Shown here piece after piece: positions 35,580-50,000 of a stretch of 64,000 nucleotides of DNA; the stretch's first letter is position 1; each line of letters opens with the position of its first letter. The notes under the pieces are model-generated. The model saw nothing but the letters and a program-made list of their open reading frames with translations. It had not been told where the DNA came from and ran no database searches. Both the position numbers and the translations under genes were made by a program. This DNA is from Tubiluchus corallicola (taxonomy: Eukaryota; Animalia; Priapulida): assembly GCA_030141605.1 (NCBI GenBank), contig JAQGDQ010000497.1, positions 62,001-126,000 on the forward strand, read 5' to 3'.

Positions 35580-38500
35580 ATGTCAGTTCCATTGGTAAAT
35601 ATTTTTCTTCTACCATGTTGTATGTTCAGTGTTGTTTCATCTCACAAGGGGCATGGCTGCGGCTGAATTGTAATACAACTTTGTGATGCAGTGTTTGGGG
35701 TCAGCCATCAGGTAGAAAGACACGCAGTAAACTTAGCCTTTTTTCTGAATTTAATTAATTACTTACTATCTATGACAGTGATGATAACCTTTATTTAAAT
35801 ATGGAAACTAAAAATACACACAAACACACAGCTATATATATATATATATATATATAGCAACCGGGGGGGCTATATATATATATATATATCCCCCGGTTGC
35901 CTGATCACGATGTAAATATGCTCATATCGCCTTTGGTCACCTGCGTGGCAATGATCAGATTGGCTCAGTAGAGAATGCCTCTTAGAGGGCATACTGATGA
36001 CACACTCCTAATGCGTGAGAGTTGGCACTACTAGAATATTAACTTAAAGGCATAATAGCCACATTAGGTTTCCAGTCTAATTTTAAGTGTATATAAGTCT
36101 TTACCAAATAATTTTTGTGTTTTTTAGACGACTCCGTATGTTGGACCAATTCCTGGAGGTCTACTTCCTGGCAAGATGATTTTTGTCCAGGGACATGTTC
36201 CACCAGTTTCTACGTGGTTTGTACAAGTTTATAATAACTGCAAAAATCACAAATTTATTAGTAATAATTTTGATTACTTGATGCCTTTCTACCATGGATT
36301 TCGCAAGATATTTACGAAGTTATGTTGGTCACTTAAAGTGTAACACAGTGAAATCCCTTTATACCGTCGTGAAGCAAGTTTGACAATATAACAAGATACA
36401 TACATATCCATGCAAATAAAGGCATTTTGTTCTGCCAAAAACCTGGGCATTAAACGAGGCTAGCATTATAATGAGGTTTGACTGTATTAAAATTTCACTG
36501 CATTTCTAATAATTATTTGTTTATTAGTTCAGCAATTACACTTTGTTTTATGTAAAGGTTTATTAGATACATTTCACCGAGATATGCCCTTTTAAAGAAA
36601 TCATGAGTCACTTCGGTACAACTTAATTCCGTCTTTATACAGCATAGTGACAGATTTATTGTGTGGCAGTACTTACAAACAATTACGATATTAAATTTTT
36701 CAGGTTTGCCATAAACATGCAGGTCGGACCGAGCGTCAACCCGAGAGCAGACCTAGCCCTGCACATTAGTGTTCGTATACCGGAACATGTGGTTGTGCGT
36801 AACTCATTGCAGGCTCAACAATGGGGTGTAGAAGAGAGACATGGAGGCATGCCTGCTGGCATCATGCCAAATTCAACGTTTGAAGCGATTATTCTAGTGC
36901 AGCCGGACTGCTATAAGGTATCGTAATAGTTTTTCTTGTCCATGTTTGTTTACAGAGATAGGACCAAAGAATTTTTGACGCTGCTAAAAAATTTGTTTTA
37001 GAATATGTTTATGTATTTTTAAAGTTATCATTCCCAGACATCTCACATTGACTGCAGGAATCTTATTACTGCAAGATGCTCATTCAATGGGTTGGAAATT
37101 ACAGAATGCTTCGTGAATATGTTTGCGTTTTGTTATAACAGCAAAAGACTAGAAAGCAGTTAGCTCAGCGAGAATGATTTTCATTACTTCGCAAGTCAGC
37201 TTAACAATATTCGTTTATCTAAGCAGTTAATGCACTCTGTTTTCTAACATCAAAATAAGTCTGTTGTTCCAGTTTGGGTGAACTATTTAAATTAACAAGA
37301 ATTTTGTATTTTGTAATTCAAACTTCTGCAAGCATGTGGTAGTTCTGTTAGCTATGTAAATTTATTTTGAAATGTTCAATAAAATGCCATGGTCTATTTC
37401 TTTTTAAAAAAGCTTTAGTAGTTCTTGTATGTAGGAACAGAATGAAGTTGAGTTCATGGTGTTCACTTTGTCATCTAAGTTAAACAGTGCTGAGCCTGGG
37501 CAATAAATTGATGGGTGACTGCCTGAAAATCTGCTTAAATCAGCCTAAATCATCTGCAGGCAAACGTCTGAACTGTATTTGCAATATATACTCAAATTAT
37601 GTATATAAGATACACTGGTTCTTGTATGTATTACAGTCTGCCTTTTGATGTACACTGTTGGCCATATAATTGATTTTCAGATGTATTATAATCCCTTTGC
37701 TTGATTTGGTTGCTTATTTATTCCTCAGATTGCGTTTAACGGACAGCATTTCACAGAATTTGTGCACAGAATTCCCATCAACTATGTGAATACAATTAAC
37801 ATTGAGGGAGACGTGGTGCTGACTGGGCTGAAATTTGAAGGCGCAGGGGTAAGCATCAATAACGTGCATTTTTTTAAATGGCAGACTTGAAAAACATCAT
37901 TTCAGATATAATCTTTTAAAAGTATTGACATAAATTGTTAATCATTCTCTTTCTTTGTGTATTTTTTTCCAAAGAAAGGACAAGAACGGTTTTGTGTGAC
38001 AGCATGGCAGTTGTGTCCAGAATTTTCTGATACTGCTGTCATTTAAAGAAATTTATGTGTTACTTTATGTGTACAGGAAAGAATATAATGCGTAATTTGA
38101 AACTGTTATAAAATTTATTCTTTCCTTTGTGACCTTTTTATTTACCGACAGATGGCGCCAACAGTATTAGGATCCACGCAAATGCCCCGAGGTAATGTGA
38201 TGGGAGTGCCAGGCCCAGTGCCAGTTCCTGCAATGGGTCAACCAGGGTATGGATTGCCACATTCACATGGTGTCCACTCGGGTCACTCGAAAGCTTATCC
38301 TGCCATGGTACGTTTATTTTTTTTGTAAAGAGTTTATTTTTTAACTGTAAGTCTGTGATATGTTATTAACACACTGCCGTGAGAAATCACTGGCCTGCAG
38401 TTTTCAAGGGAGGCTTGCACATGTTTTTAAATTTCTTTCATTCAACAAATGCAATGATTTCACTTTGAATTACTTAAAGTTGCTTTCACCAAGTGTCTTA

Positions 38501-38880
38501 TGTTTCTAAACACGTTTTTTTTGCTCAAGAGTTTCTGAAACTATTTGTTAAGCACATACTGTTCAATAAGCTTCTTTCAGTTGTATGTTTATTTTATGGT
38601 AAGCACTGCAAAGACTGTACTGCGAGCATAAAATAATATTCCTTATACAGACTGTAACGTACGTGTTTAATGTTAGGGAGTTGTGCCTGGAATGTATGGT
38701 GATCATCATGGTCACGTCAAACATGGGAAACACGGCAAGGTAAAGATGAAAAAGATGGGAAAGGAGCACAAGAAAATGAAGAAGATGGGCAAGGTTGGGA
38801 AAGTAAAGAAGAAGAAACATCACAAGGGCAGTTCTAGCAGTTCTAGTAGCAGCAGTTCAAGTTCTAGCAGTGATGAGTAA
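35580..38880 (+). CDS. Galectin: single N-terminal CRD plus Pro/Gly-rich, His/Lys-rich and poly-Ser C-terminal tail, ~265 aa
   Basis: Exons 35580-35594 (MSVPL, least certain), 36128-36216, 36704-36917, 37729-37848, 38152-38307, 38677-38880 are in frame. Galectin hallmarks: PYVGPIPGGL, FAINMQ, DLALHISVR, VVVRNS, WGVEER, YKIAFNGQHF, HRIP, IEGDV. Confidence 0.88.
35831..35900. repeat. (TA)n microsatellites inside a GC-clamped inverted repeat
   Basis: GC(TA)nGC followed by GCAACCGGGGG..(TA)n..CCCCCGGTTGC. Confidence 0.85.
36346..36484. mobile_element. Short pogo/Tigger-like MITE
   Basis: CAGTGAAATCCCTTTATA...TATAATGAGGTTTGACTG|TA. Confidence 0.55.
37462..37530 (+). repeat. 5S rRNA-derived SINE-like remnant
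   Basis: ctaagttaaacagtgctgagcctgggcaataaattgatgggtgactgcctg resembles 5S aagctaagcag...gcctggttagtacttggatgggagaccgcctg. Confidence 0.5.
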
Positions 38881-41499
38881 AAATATTTGAAAGCAAGCGT
38901 GTGTGTGTGCGCATGCATGCGTGTTACTTTGTAGAGTCTCGGAGCTTTTATAGCTGGGAGTTTCAGACTATAACTCACTTTCCAGGGTTTGACTTATTAC
39001 TAGGTGAATTTATATACATATCATGTAACAGAAAATTGTTTGTCAAAGCCTCTTTAGCACATTTTTGCAGCTTTTGAGGCAACTAGAAGTGCTATTCCAT
39101 GAGCGTATAATATATATTTTGTTAAATTTATATGATAAAACAATTTGTCAATTTACTTCCAGTTTTATATGATACTGGAGTGAAGAAAACCATTGTGTCA
39201 TTCCTTAGGTTTGTCTGTTTAAGCATTTTGCATTATATTTCAAAACCGGTGAGCCTATAAAATCTAAACTAGATATGTTTATACTCTGCAGCAGAATGAG
39301 ACTAATGCCGTATTGACCACTGGTTAGTAACCTTTAACATATCACTTGTTATCAAAATGTCTGTATTGCTGAATCTGTTCTCAGAGCACTTGAAGAAGGC
39401 AGAACAAAGAGTGGCCTAGATTCGATATTGCATTAATATGGTATATATTTGTACACAAAAATTTGCCTGGACATCAAAAACAAAAAGCAGATAATTTCTG
39501 CTAAAATTAGCTATATCCTTCCCCATACTAACGTTTGGCAAGATATAGTTAATCAGCAGTGATAGAGGGGAAAGGCTTATTTGTTTTGTTTTTGTTTTTT
39601 TTTTGCTGTGAAAAAGAAATAGAACGAAAGTGTTTTGCGAGACTGAGAGCAAGAAAATATGCAGAGCTTTTGCAACTAACTGCTACTAACTAAAAAACAT
39701 TTTTTGCTGCTGGGTGATTTGCCCAAGCTTGGTCACTGTATTCTCTGTGCAAATAAACTGACAGCAAGTAATTTTTCTGTATGTAACAAATATTTGTTGT
39801 CCTAAAAGAAAGTCTTGATAGGACGAAATTTACTTACTAAATTTTAGTTTGATTAAACGTTGTTCTTCTTCGATGAAACATAACTTAATCGAAACTGACG
39901 TTGTCTGCAAAGAACTTTTGTGTTTTTGAAGCAACTTGTCCTACATTGAATTTCGATATTTATTTTCACTTGTTATGTGCAGCCAATCAGATTCTTACCA
40001 CATTTAGACAGACAAAGGCAACATTTATTTGCTTTCACTCATTTTAATGAGCAACATTAGCATTAACGGCTAATTAGCGACTTACCCCTTGCAACGATAC
40101 AAGTAGGGACAGCACACAACCACTAACGTAATTGTAGGATGTATCCCCTGGCGATGGCAGCCGCTGGACTCAATTCTGCAAGTTTGCAGTCTGAAATCTA
40201 GATGACACAACCACCCAGGACATTTGCATGGAAAATTACTAAGATAAACCTAATAGATGTGTTTTTGCAAATACATTGTAGCTACTAGCTTCGTGAATAT
40301 AAAGTAAACTTAAATCCCTTTTTTGAACTATTTGATTTGAATAGATTTGAATGTTTCGCGATTATAAATTCAAGTTTGTTAAATTATGTACGGTCTTAAA
40401 ATCATTGACTTGGTTAAGAATAATCTACCAGATCGGTGCGTGACAGTAGCTGTAGTTTCATTTTGCTTTTTGAGGGTTTTGTATTTTAGGTTTTAGAACT
40501 TATCTAACGATGTGCTTCATCATCACTTTTCTATATTGAAGGAAGTGTCAGCATTAGTGTTGAACCTTTTTGTGAAGTTGAACTGCTGGCAGGAATAAAT
40601 TTGAATAACTTAAACCCTCCTAGTTTTATATGTAAAATTTGCTAATCTTTCTATTATTTTTAGTGTTGCAGAAAAATATAATTAAAGGTAAAAATTGTTG
40701 AATTTTTAAAAGTTTATGTGTTCATATTTTAAGTGCTATAGAATAGAATTTTCTATAATAAACTTACGTTCTCTAATAAGTGATTTCATTGTTAATTATT
40801 ATTAATTTTTGTGAACTTTTGTTACAGAACACATGATAAGTAAATGGACTGTAAATAAAACAGTTTGAATTAAATTCCATTTACAATATGTCTCATATAC
40901 TGTTCAACGTCACAAAAGCTTTGCACAAACAAGAAAGACTCAGTTAAATCATAAGCTTATGCGCAGATTTATTCACGTTTACAGCTTATGTTTGGAGCTG
41001 CAATTTTTCAGGCTTCCATTGCTTTACTAGTTGTTACAGGTGCAACCAGCAACTAACACGAGTAATAATAATTAGAAATGAATTCATCAAAATCTTTCCA
41101 CAGAACTGGCTTAATATACTGTTTAATGTGACGTTTTACCTTCTACCATCATCATGAAACACTCACGTGACAAAGATAATGATCAATCTTTTGAAGAATG
41201 GGAAGTGAGGTTAGTTATTGATTTAATCATAGCTTAACATTAAACCCAGTTTAAGACAGTAGCTTAAAATAATTTCAGGTACTACAATATGAACTGTCAA
41301 ATAAAATTTTGTAGATATTACATTCATGTCACTGGTAATGATTTTTTCAACCATTGATAAAACTGTCTCTAACACTTACATCACCAAATTGGCAAAATGC
41401 TACCATAAACAAAATTATTCTAGTTCTGAACAACATTAAAAATAATGCTAATTTATTGTGTGTAACTCGTTTGTTAAAAGATTAAAATTAACGTTTCGC

Positions 41500-43111
41500 A
41501 ATAAAATCTGTTATAAAAATATACTACCAAAAAACTAATCCGAATAGAATTTTCTTGCTGGCGTGAACCTTGAGCATGTTGAAGACGTTCACCAATGTCA
41601 TTTCGCTTGCATAATTACTCACACGAGAATTACCGGATCAGATAATTTATATGCAGAAATCGCTGAAATTCTAAACAATATTTCAAAAAACAGGCACATT
41701 TCCGCAGGATATTCAAAAAGGAATACTTATCCCTTTACCGAAGTCAGGTAAGAAACGAGGTCCTATAGAAAATCTTAGACCATTGATGTTGCTTACACTC
41801 ATAAGGAAAATTTTGGCTGTCTGTATGTAGGATCTATGACAGGTTACATACTTACATTCCAACAAGCCAAGCAGCATATCAACCAGGACGGAATACTACT
41901 GAATTAGCGCAAGCCTGTAAATTGCTAGCCGAAAAAGCCATCTCTTCTGCTGATTACTCAATATATATTCTCATGATTGATATGTCAAAGACCTTTGATT
42001 GCGTTTGGAGAAAAACTCTGCTTTGCTGTCTGGAAGAAATCCTTGAACCTGATGAAATATACATCATGAGTATAATGTTAGAAAATTTATTAATTCAAGT
42101 CAGGTGTGAAGGGAAGTTGAGCCTGCCATTTTCTACAAACAGAGGAGTACCTCACGGTGACTGCCTAAGCCCTGTACTTTTTACTATATATCTTGCCATA
42201 GCTCTCACTGAGGACAAAGTTATACCATTGAAAGACCTAGAAGATCACAACTACACAATTCTTGATCCTGAATTAATACCGAATGAAGTAAGACAAGAAC
42301 ACTGTTTCAGCTCTCTACAAAGTAAGTCAACTACTATATCTATGCAGTACACTGATGATGTGGCATGGATTACAAGAAACAAAGAAGAAATAGTTGAAAT
42401 AAAAAAACTCAGTAGAGGAGAAACTGAACAGAATGGATCTCGTTGTAAACAAAAATAAAACTGAAGAGTTTCACATGGTGAACATGCCATGGTGATGAAT
42501 CATGGCAACGTTGCAAGTATCTCGGTAATCTGCTAGCAGCAGAAGACGACATATCTAGACTGAAGATAATGGCATTATCAGCTTACTCAAAACACACGAA
42601 AGTTTTTGAGAAATGAAGATTTCTTTGGAAACAAAAATTAGAATATTTTCAGCCTTAGTTGAAACTGTATTTCTTTATAACTCTGAGCTCTGGACATTAA
42701 AAGCAAATCATAAAGCTAAAATCGATGCATTTCAAAGGCGAAATTACAGAAACATTTTGGGTATTACATGGCCAAAGAAAATTTCAAACAAAGATCTATA
42801 TGGAAAAATAAAAGAAGAACCTTGGACAATAAAAATAAAAATACACCGTTTAAGATGGATTGGGCATATGCTTAGACTACCTGATGATACTCCAGTGAAG
42901 ATAGCTCTTCTGCTAGCCATAGAACCAGCTAAAAACCCTACAGGAGGACAAATGCTAACATATTTAGATTTTGCACAGAAAGATTTAAACACTTCAGCAT
43001 CGATCCTTAGAAATAAATGCACTTGGGGCATTGCGGCAAGCAGGGAGTCCTGGCATAGGGAGGTGAGCAGAATCATGTCCCTGGACGTATGATTCATTGG
43101 ATGATGATGAT
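41500..43111 (+). mobile_element. 5'-truncated, degenerate non-LTR retrotransposon (RTE-related) reverse transcriptase
   Basis: LIPLPKSGKKRGPIENLRPL, IDMSKTFD, GVPHGDCLSPVLF, QYTDD, KYLG, FLYNSELWTL, RLRWIGH, with frameshifts and stops, and a (GAT)n tail at ~43099-43111. Confidence 0.9.
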
Positions 43112-44065
43112 CAGACGAGTAAGACAGTCTAGTTGATCTTTAATTAAATATTTTATTTTGATTTTCTTGTGCAATTGACTAATTGTCTAAACTAAATGCC
43201 TTGCGTTTCATATTTGCAAATCACTTAGTTGCCAGCATTCAGGTGCACCCGACATTGATTTTGAGTTCTAAGCCTCAGTTCTGTCAGATTGGGGTATAAA
43301 TGATGTTTCTGGTTTGACTGGTTTCTAAAATTTGACTCAATTAAATAATAGACTTAGTGACTAGATAGTCATGTTAATTAACAGTGATGATATTACCATA
43401 AATTGCAAAGTAAAAAATTGATTGCTGTGAGCTTGAATTGTTTTTGACAACGTTTTTCTCGCTCTAAAACTTAACCTATTTCAACCTATAATAATAAAGT
43501 ATAATTTTTATATGCAGTTAGTTAATTACCCACAGGAATTCCAAGTTTAAAATTAATCAAAGTATAAAAACTTAATCAAATTAGGTAGAATGACCCTAAT
43601 CAGCATTCTAACATTGGAAATGCTGAATTTGGTTGCTATGCTGCTATGGACTACAAGGGATGACTTATGCCATGGACTGCTATGGTCACTGATTAGTACA
43701 GTAGTCTCGGGTGTTTGCTTTGTAAGCCGAAGATTCTTGGTTCGAATTCAGACTGTCTTCCAATTTTTCCACATTTCTTGTCTTCCAATGTTGGTATCAA
43801 GGTTTAATTAATAATTGTGGTATCTTTAATAATAATAATCTTGTCCTTAAGATTATAATAATTATTATTGTTGTCAATTGATGATTATAGAACAGAAACT
43901 TAAATAAAAGAATGCAGTTCACGATGAAAATAGTTTCAGAGTTTAGTCTCTATTAGATTGGCACTGAATTTTGAGGCTGTCTACATTTTCCCATAATTTG
44001 TGTTTTTTATTTTAATATTTTCGCCATAACTTTTGCCTATAGGTTGTCTGAAACAGAGCTGTATT

Positions 44066-47000
44066 ATGGAGGATAGATCTAATGAGCCCGGTGGAGGTGG
44101 TGAGGGAAACAGAGGATCTGAGGGAGCTGGTGGAGGAGACAGGGAAAGGAGGTATCCTGTGAGCTTGCCAGGAGCTCTTCAGTTTGCTGTAGAGAACACA
44201 GACCAATCATCGGGTAGTGGACATCAGCATCAACCCCTCTCAGAACAGGTAATTGTATGAGAAGCATGTAACGTTAAGTAAGTTATTTATTAAAATAAGC
44301 TAATACGATAATAACTTGTGCATAAAATCTTTTTTGTTGGAAAGATGAAACATTAATTTTTAAGATCCAGAAACCTTTATTGACTTTTGCATAAAATTCT
44401 AGTATGTAAACTATATGCCTTTAGTCTTGCAGTCATCATAAGTTTACCTCGTTTAGCCGCTGTGACCTATTATTCTTTACCTCGGGCTGTGTAGTGTGTA
44501 TTAACTTAAACGTATGCACTTACGGCATGACACTACCAGATGATATGACACCAGGTGTCAGTTAGTTAGATGTAGTTAACCACTAAATATCATCCCGCGG
44601 CTCTGAGTTTTTAATATAAAGCATTTATCCATGAAGCAATAGATTTATAAGCCATACCTCAGGCTCAGTAGACACATATTTTATGTACATTTTGAAAACT
44701 TGTATAGATCTCCTGTTTAATCTATAATATACATTCTAGTAGAGTAAAATCAATTATTCATAAAGGAAGACAGGACGATTGTTTAGACTCAATCTCATTT
44801 AAATTTACTGTCCAACATATACATTTTCTTGCCTATAAAAGTTAACAGTTGTTCCTTATATTTGATTAATAACGGCAACCGAACACAGCTATTGCTTACG
44901 TCAGAAACTAACCACAGTTTGTGCAATGGCAGGCATCTTCCCTTGCGCATCAAGCACATATGCATAAGTGTTACAGTACTGTTTAAATGCATGATGTCAC
45001 GAAAATGTGCTCTACATCATATGATGTCATGAAACTAACACTGCAGTTCATGATCATGGTTATCACGGTACCGTCTTCTATTTGTCGGCCACGCTAACGT
45101 GTCAAAAAGGCGCCGTCGCCAATCTTAGTAGATTCACTGAGCCGTGCGTAGCTTTGAAAGTTTAACAACATGTGAATACCCGAGGTAATTATTATTTAAC
45201 CTAAGCTTTGAAATAAAAAAGCTATTGTAGTTTTCAATATTTCAGAGCATACTTTATTTTGAACTATTGTTTACACAATCGTCTGGTTTTGCTTTAAACA
45301 CATATCAAGTAGCAGCTTAGGATCAGAATATTCTTCAAATAATGTGAATTTATTACGCAGAGCAGTATACAGTATTTTGCTTGGTAGTATACAAACAATG
45401 AGTAATAGTGCAGAATAAATTATTACACCAAGTATTGCTCAAACAATATGAAAACTATTAGTCCTCAAAATTCGGTGTGAAAGCCATGCACATCTCATAC
45501 AGACTGCAATCTCGAGTGGTTTGATTGGGATGACACATGTTGCAGATATCTCACAGTCTGTCCGCAAGCCTGGATCTACCATAAGGGCAACCTGGGCATT
45601 TGCCCAGGGGCCCTTGAGCCAAGAGGGGCCCTTTGCGATTGGGTATATATATTTTTTCCTCATGACTCAATTTAAGCACGAGCCACGGCAGCTGGCGCTT
45701 CTCCGCCAGCCCCTGAACACAGCACTCGGTAGTCCTACCCAACTTCACCTACCATCCAATCAGAATAAAATAAGTTGTTTACAATAAATGAGGTCTCTTG
45801 ATTGTCTGTCCTATAAGTCATTTTGATGATTTCACAGGTTTTGGTGTGTGTGTGCGTGTGTGATGTGGCCTCCTTAAGGGTGTGGATTTTGGGGGGGTCC
45901 TCCGGGCTGACAGTGCCCAGGAGCCCCTAGGTTACTGATCCGGCCCTGTCTGTCCGTCTTATCCATCTTTCAGAACAGCTCCATTATGTGTGGCAGAATT
46001 GAGGTCCGTTCAAACGGGGAAAAAATGAAAGTCAGAATTTGCAGGTCGCTCCTATAATCATACTCCTATGGTCGTCCTCAAGATTGCAGACTGTGCGAGG
46101 TGTGCAGTGCTATCACGCTATATTTTGTCAGCATGGTAGATTCTCTGTTGTTCTAGTAATCTTAGCGTAATAAGCAGTTCTGTACTTTTACTGGTTGTAC
46201 CCCTAGTACAACATTATATTCCACCCTGCATTAATTTTCCACTCTTTTAATTTTTTTTTGTTCATTTCAACCAGGATAGACAGTTTCTAATGAGTGCATT
46301 GGACTCTGTGATGTCCGATCCTCTTCAACACGTTAAGGCCAGATTGTCCGCTCTTAGAGAAATATTTTACAAACAAGATAACCAAGAACCTTTTGACATA
46401 GAACAGCTACAGGAAATCTTAGAAGACCTTAAAGAATGGTGCGAAAATATGGATTTAGCAAATGGTAATAAGTATGCGTGTTTAATTTTCTATTAAATAC
46501 AATGGCCCTTACATATGGAATTCAATTGCTCCAGCTATTAAAAATGCCAACTCGCTGTCCATATATAAAAAAAATTATAAATTAAACTTACTTGAAACAT
46601 ATAACTGATCACTCAATCATGATTTTTTTTGTTTTTCATTTTCAAAAACTTCCCCTCTAGTATAATAATATTTTTAATACTTCCCACCCGTATTTATATT
46701 TGTATATATGTAATATTGTATCTGTATATATTGTAATTTTTTCGTAACTAATTCTAGTGGCCTACCATAAGCTAGCTTCTTAGGTCTCTAGCGCAAAATT
46801 CGTGAATTGTATCATATTTTTGTATTAACAAAACCTGATTATCGTGCGCATGTAATGTATATGTTTATTGCGAAATAAATTTATTAAAATCTAAAATTAA
46901 AATCTAATCTAATGTTTGATAGAGCTGTTTGCTTATTTATTTCGAATGCATTTGATGTGATATGGCAATGATTGTTCATTAAAGCTTGCTTTAACATCTG

Positions 47001-50000
47001 CAGATTTAACAGTTCGTTGATAATTTGATGTACGACAAATTTTCGTTCTTGGTTCTTAGCACTCACGTTAGTGCAAATTCCCAGGCGAGTTCATAGCCTA
47101 GCGGTACTGTACTGCCAAACTCGCTATATTACCAAATTTTTTCCGGTCCCAAAGTGGGTGATAAAAAATGGTTTGACTATACGCACAAATGTGTTGCAGA
47201 TTTTCATAAGCTTGGAGGATTTGAACACTTGCCAAGGCTTCTCACCACTGCTGATGCAGCTGTGCAATGGAGAACAGCTGATCTGATTGCTACACTGGCT
47301 CAGAATAATGTCTATTCACAACAGCATCTGCTGCAACTAGGAATCTTGCCTCAGCTATTACAGCTGCTAGACTGCAGTGAGAATGAAGAGGTTCGAGTGA
47401 AAGCACTATACGGCTTGTCCTGTATGTAAGCTTAGTCTAGTATTTTTTTATTTCTTATGTCCCTGACCACGTTATAGGCCTACGATCAAATGCTGGCTAA
47501 AGTGGCACTTACTTGGTATCCGTTATCCACTTGCAGAACAGCTACATACAAAAAAATCAATAGGAAATAGCTGCAGAAAAAGATAACAATTAAGCATTGC
47601 TGATGTCTGGCAAATGCCTTTCAAAAAGCCAGAAGAAACTGCCTAATTGCAATAGCTTGAAGTAATATCTAGCAAAAGTCATTTCTTATCAAAGTTGCAA
47701 ACTTCTTTACATTTCTTTTAGAAGTACATCATGATTACTGCCTTTTGCCCACTTGGTATCCAGTATAAATTTAACACATTCTTAAAAAAATTATAACTTA
47801 TATGGCCTCCAATTGCTATATTCCCTGTAATCTAGCTAGCAAGTTTCGATATACTAGCAAGCAATTTCATCAGAAACCTGACATTCTTTCTTTTTAAGTA
47901 AAATTTTTTTCACCTTTGTGATTATATATTTAGTTTACGTGTTTCTCTACAGGTTTAGTCAGATCAATGCCAGCAGCTCAAGCCAAATTCATTGAGCTAG
48001 ATGGCTTCTCTTACTTGCTGCGAGCAATGCAAACTGACATGCCACGACTAAAAGTCAAGGCAGCTTTTCTGATTTCAGCAATTTGTTCCTCTGATCACAA
48101 AGTGACTGGTAAGTACTACCTAGCCTTGATTTGATCTGTTATAGAACCTAAATGTGTTGCTGTTTCGTTACCGAAAATAGTGAATTCGGTTCTGCTCTGA
48201 AACTTTCAAAATTTAGCTTTATTTAACCTAACAGCTTAACTGGCAAGGTACCGTATATACTCGCATATAAGCCGAATTTAGAACTATAAAATACAATACT
48301 GAAATCAGGGGGTCGACTTATATGCGCATGAAACAAAATGAACACAAGGACAGACACTAATGCCAATTTTCCAGCCACACATTTTCATCGCTATCTGACT
48401 CTTTATTTGGTTGTGTGTCACCAGTGGTGTATTGGAGGGGGATCGCCGTCCACCCACTTTTTTTTAGAAAAAATTCACATTTCAATAAGGGATCAATTTT
48501 GTTGATTGGGTATGGAGTAAAATTAGACAAGTTGATGGTCGGCTTATATACGGGTTTTTGCAAAAACTGGCCATTTTAAAGCAGTTTTGGGGGGTCGGCT
48601 TATATGCGATGTAGGCTTATATGCGAGCATATACGGTAGTAAAATTTGTTAAAAAATACCACCGAGTCTAGTTATTGCTAGACCATCTACCACTATTAGT
48701 TTTATGGTGTACAAGGCATTTACTAAAAAATTTACAAAGAAGCAGATGTTGTTATCATATTAAGCAGAACAGATGTGAATGAACATTATACTTATTTATA
48801 GGCAGCTAGCCAACCAACCTACCAACCTACAAATAATGTTATGACGTCTGTTTTAAATCAAGAAATCCATAACATTACCTGTAATTGGTTGAGCTATTGG
48901 TTTCCTGTATACAAAAAGTTTGGAGGCCAAACTAGCATGTAACTTCGACAGTTGTCCGTGTTCTGTTTTTCCTGTGAACTTCACACTTGTCTGCCTGCCA
49001 CGTGTCGTTGTTTTTGTTTCAGCTTTCCAGCAAGTTGTTATTAGGTTTATGTTTTTTAGTCGTCCCTTTCCGTTTCTAAAATTTGTTTACGTTGTTTTTT
49101 CAACTTTTATGCAGTTACGCAGCACCTACTCACATCATCTACGGCGGGGGCCATGGGGCGGCCATCCACCGGGTCGTTAGTCCCCAGAAGGTGTATGCAG
49201 AATTGCTGCAAATGCTTTAGCCACCCTTTATTTTTGAACATTTAATGTTGAATGACTTTCATTGCGGACGCTTACAAAAAGTTTAAACTAGACCACGCAA
49301 CAAATCATTTATTTTTATTCTATTTTTTCCCAATAACAATATAAAGAAAAATAGATATAAATAAACAGACACCAAGTTAGAATGAGGATTGTTATGACTT
49401 TTATAGAGTAATCAGTAGCACATCATTTTTGAATTAGTACAAGTGAAATTTATTATTATAAACAGTCAAACCTCTTTATACTACTTACTTTGGAACTGCC
49501 AAAAAAGTTGGCATTATTATAACGAGGTACATGCCTATGCAAGTATAGACATTTTGTTTTGTTAAAATTTAGACGTTCAACAAGGTCGGCATTATAACAA
49601 AACTTAACTGTATTTATTATTTTATAAGTACAAAGAGAGTAGCCATCTTTCCTAAAAAATATAATATTATAAGTGTTCACAGAACAGTGCTTTTATAAGG
49701 TACAATTATGATATATTTAACACAGATGCATTACTTGATATGGGCATGGTGCAACAAATAATTGGTTTATTGCATGATCAACACGATTCCACACATGAGC
49801 ACATTGCTAGTGCTCTTCTCAGCCTAATATCAGACAGTGAAAGAGGACAGCGACTGTGTTGCTCTCCCGAACTCGGACTAAGATCACTTCTCAATAAAAG
49901 GCTGGTGGACTTGGCGCAAAAAGAGGAATATCTAGTATGTAAACCATTACACGTTCTCAGCTAATTTAATGTGTTGGAATACCCGTGCTGTTCTACGTGT

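Noticed and set aside
35614-35620. Alternative galectin start ATGTT|gtatgt
   Set aside because: A phase-2 donor is incompatible with the phase-0 exon at 36128. ATG 35580 fits.
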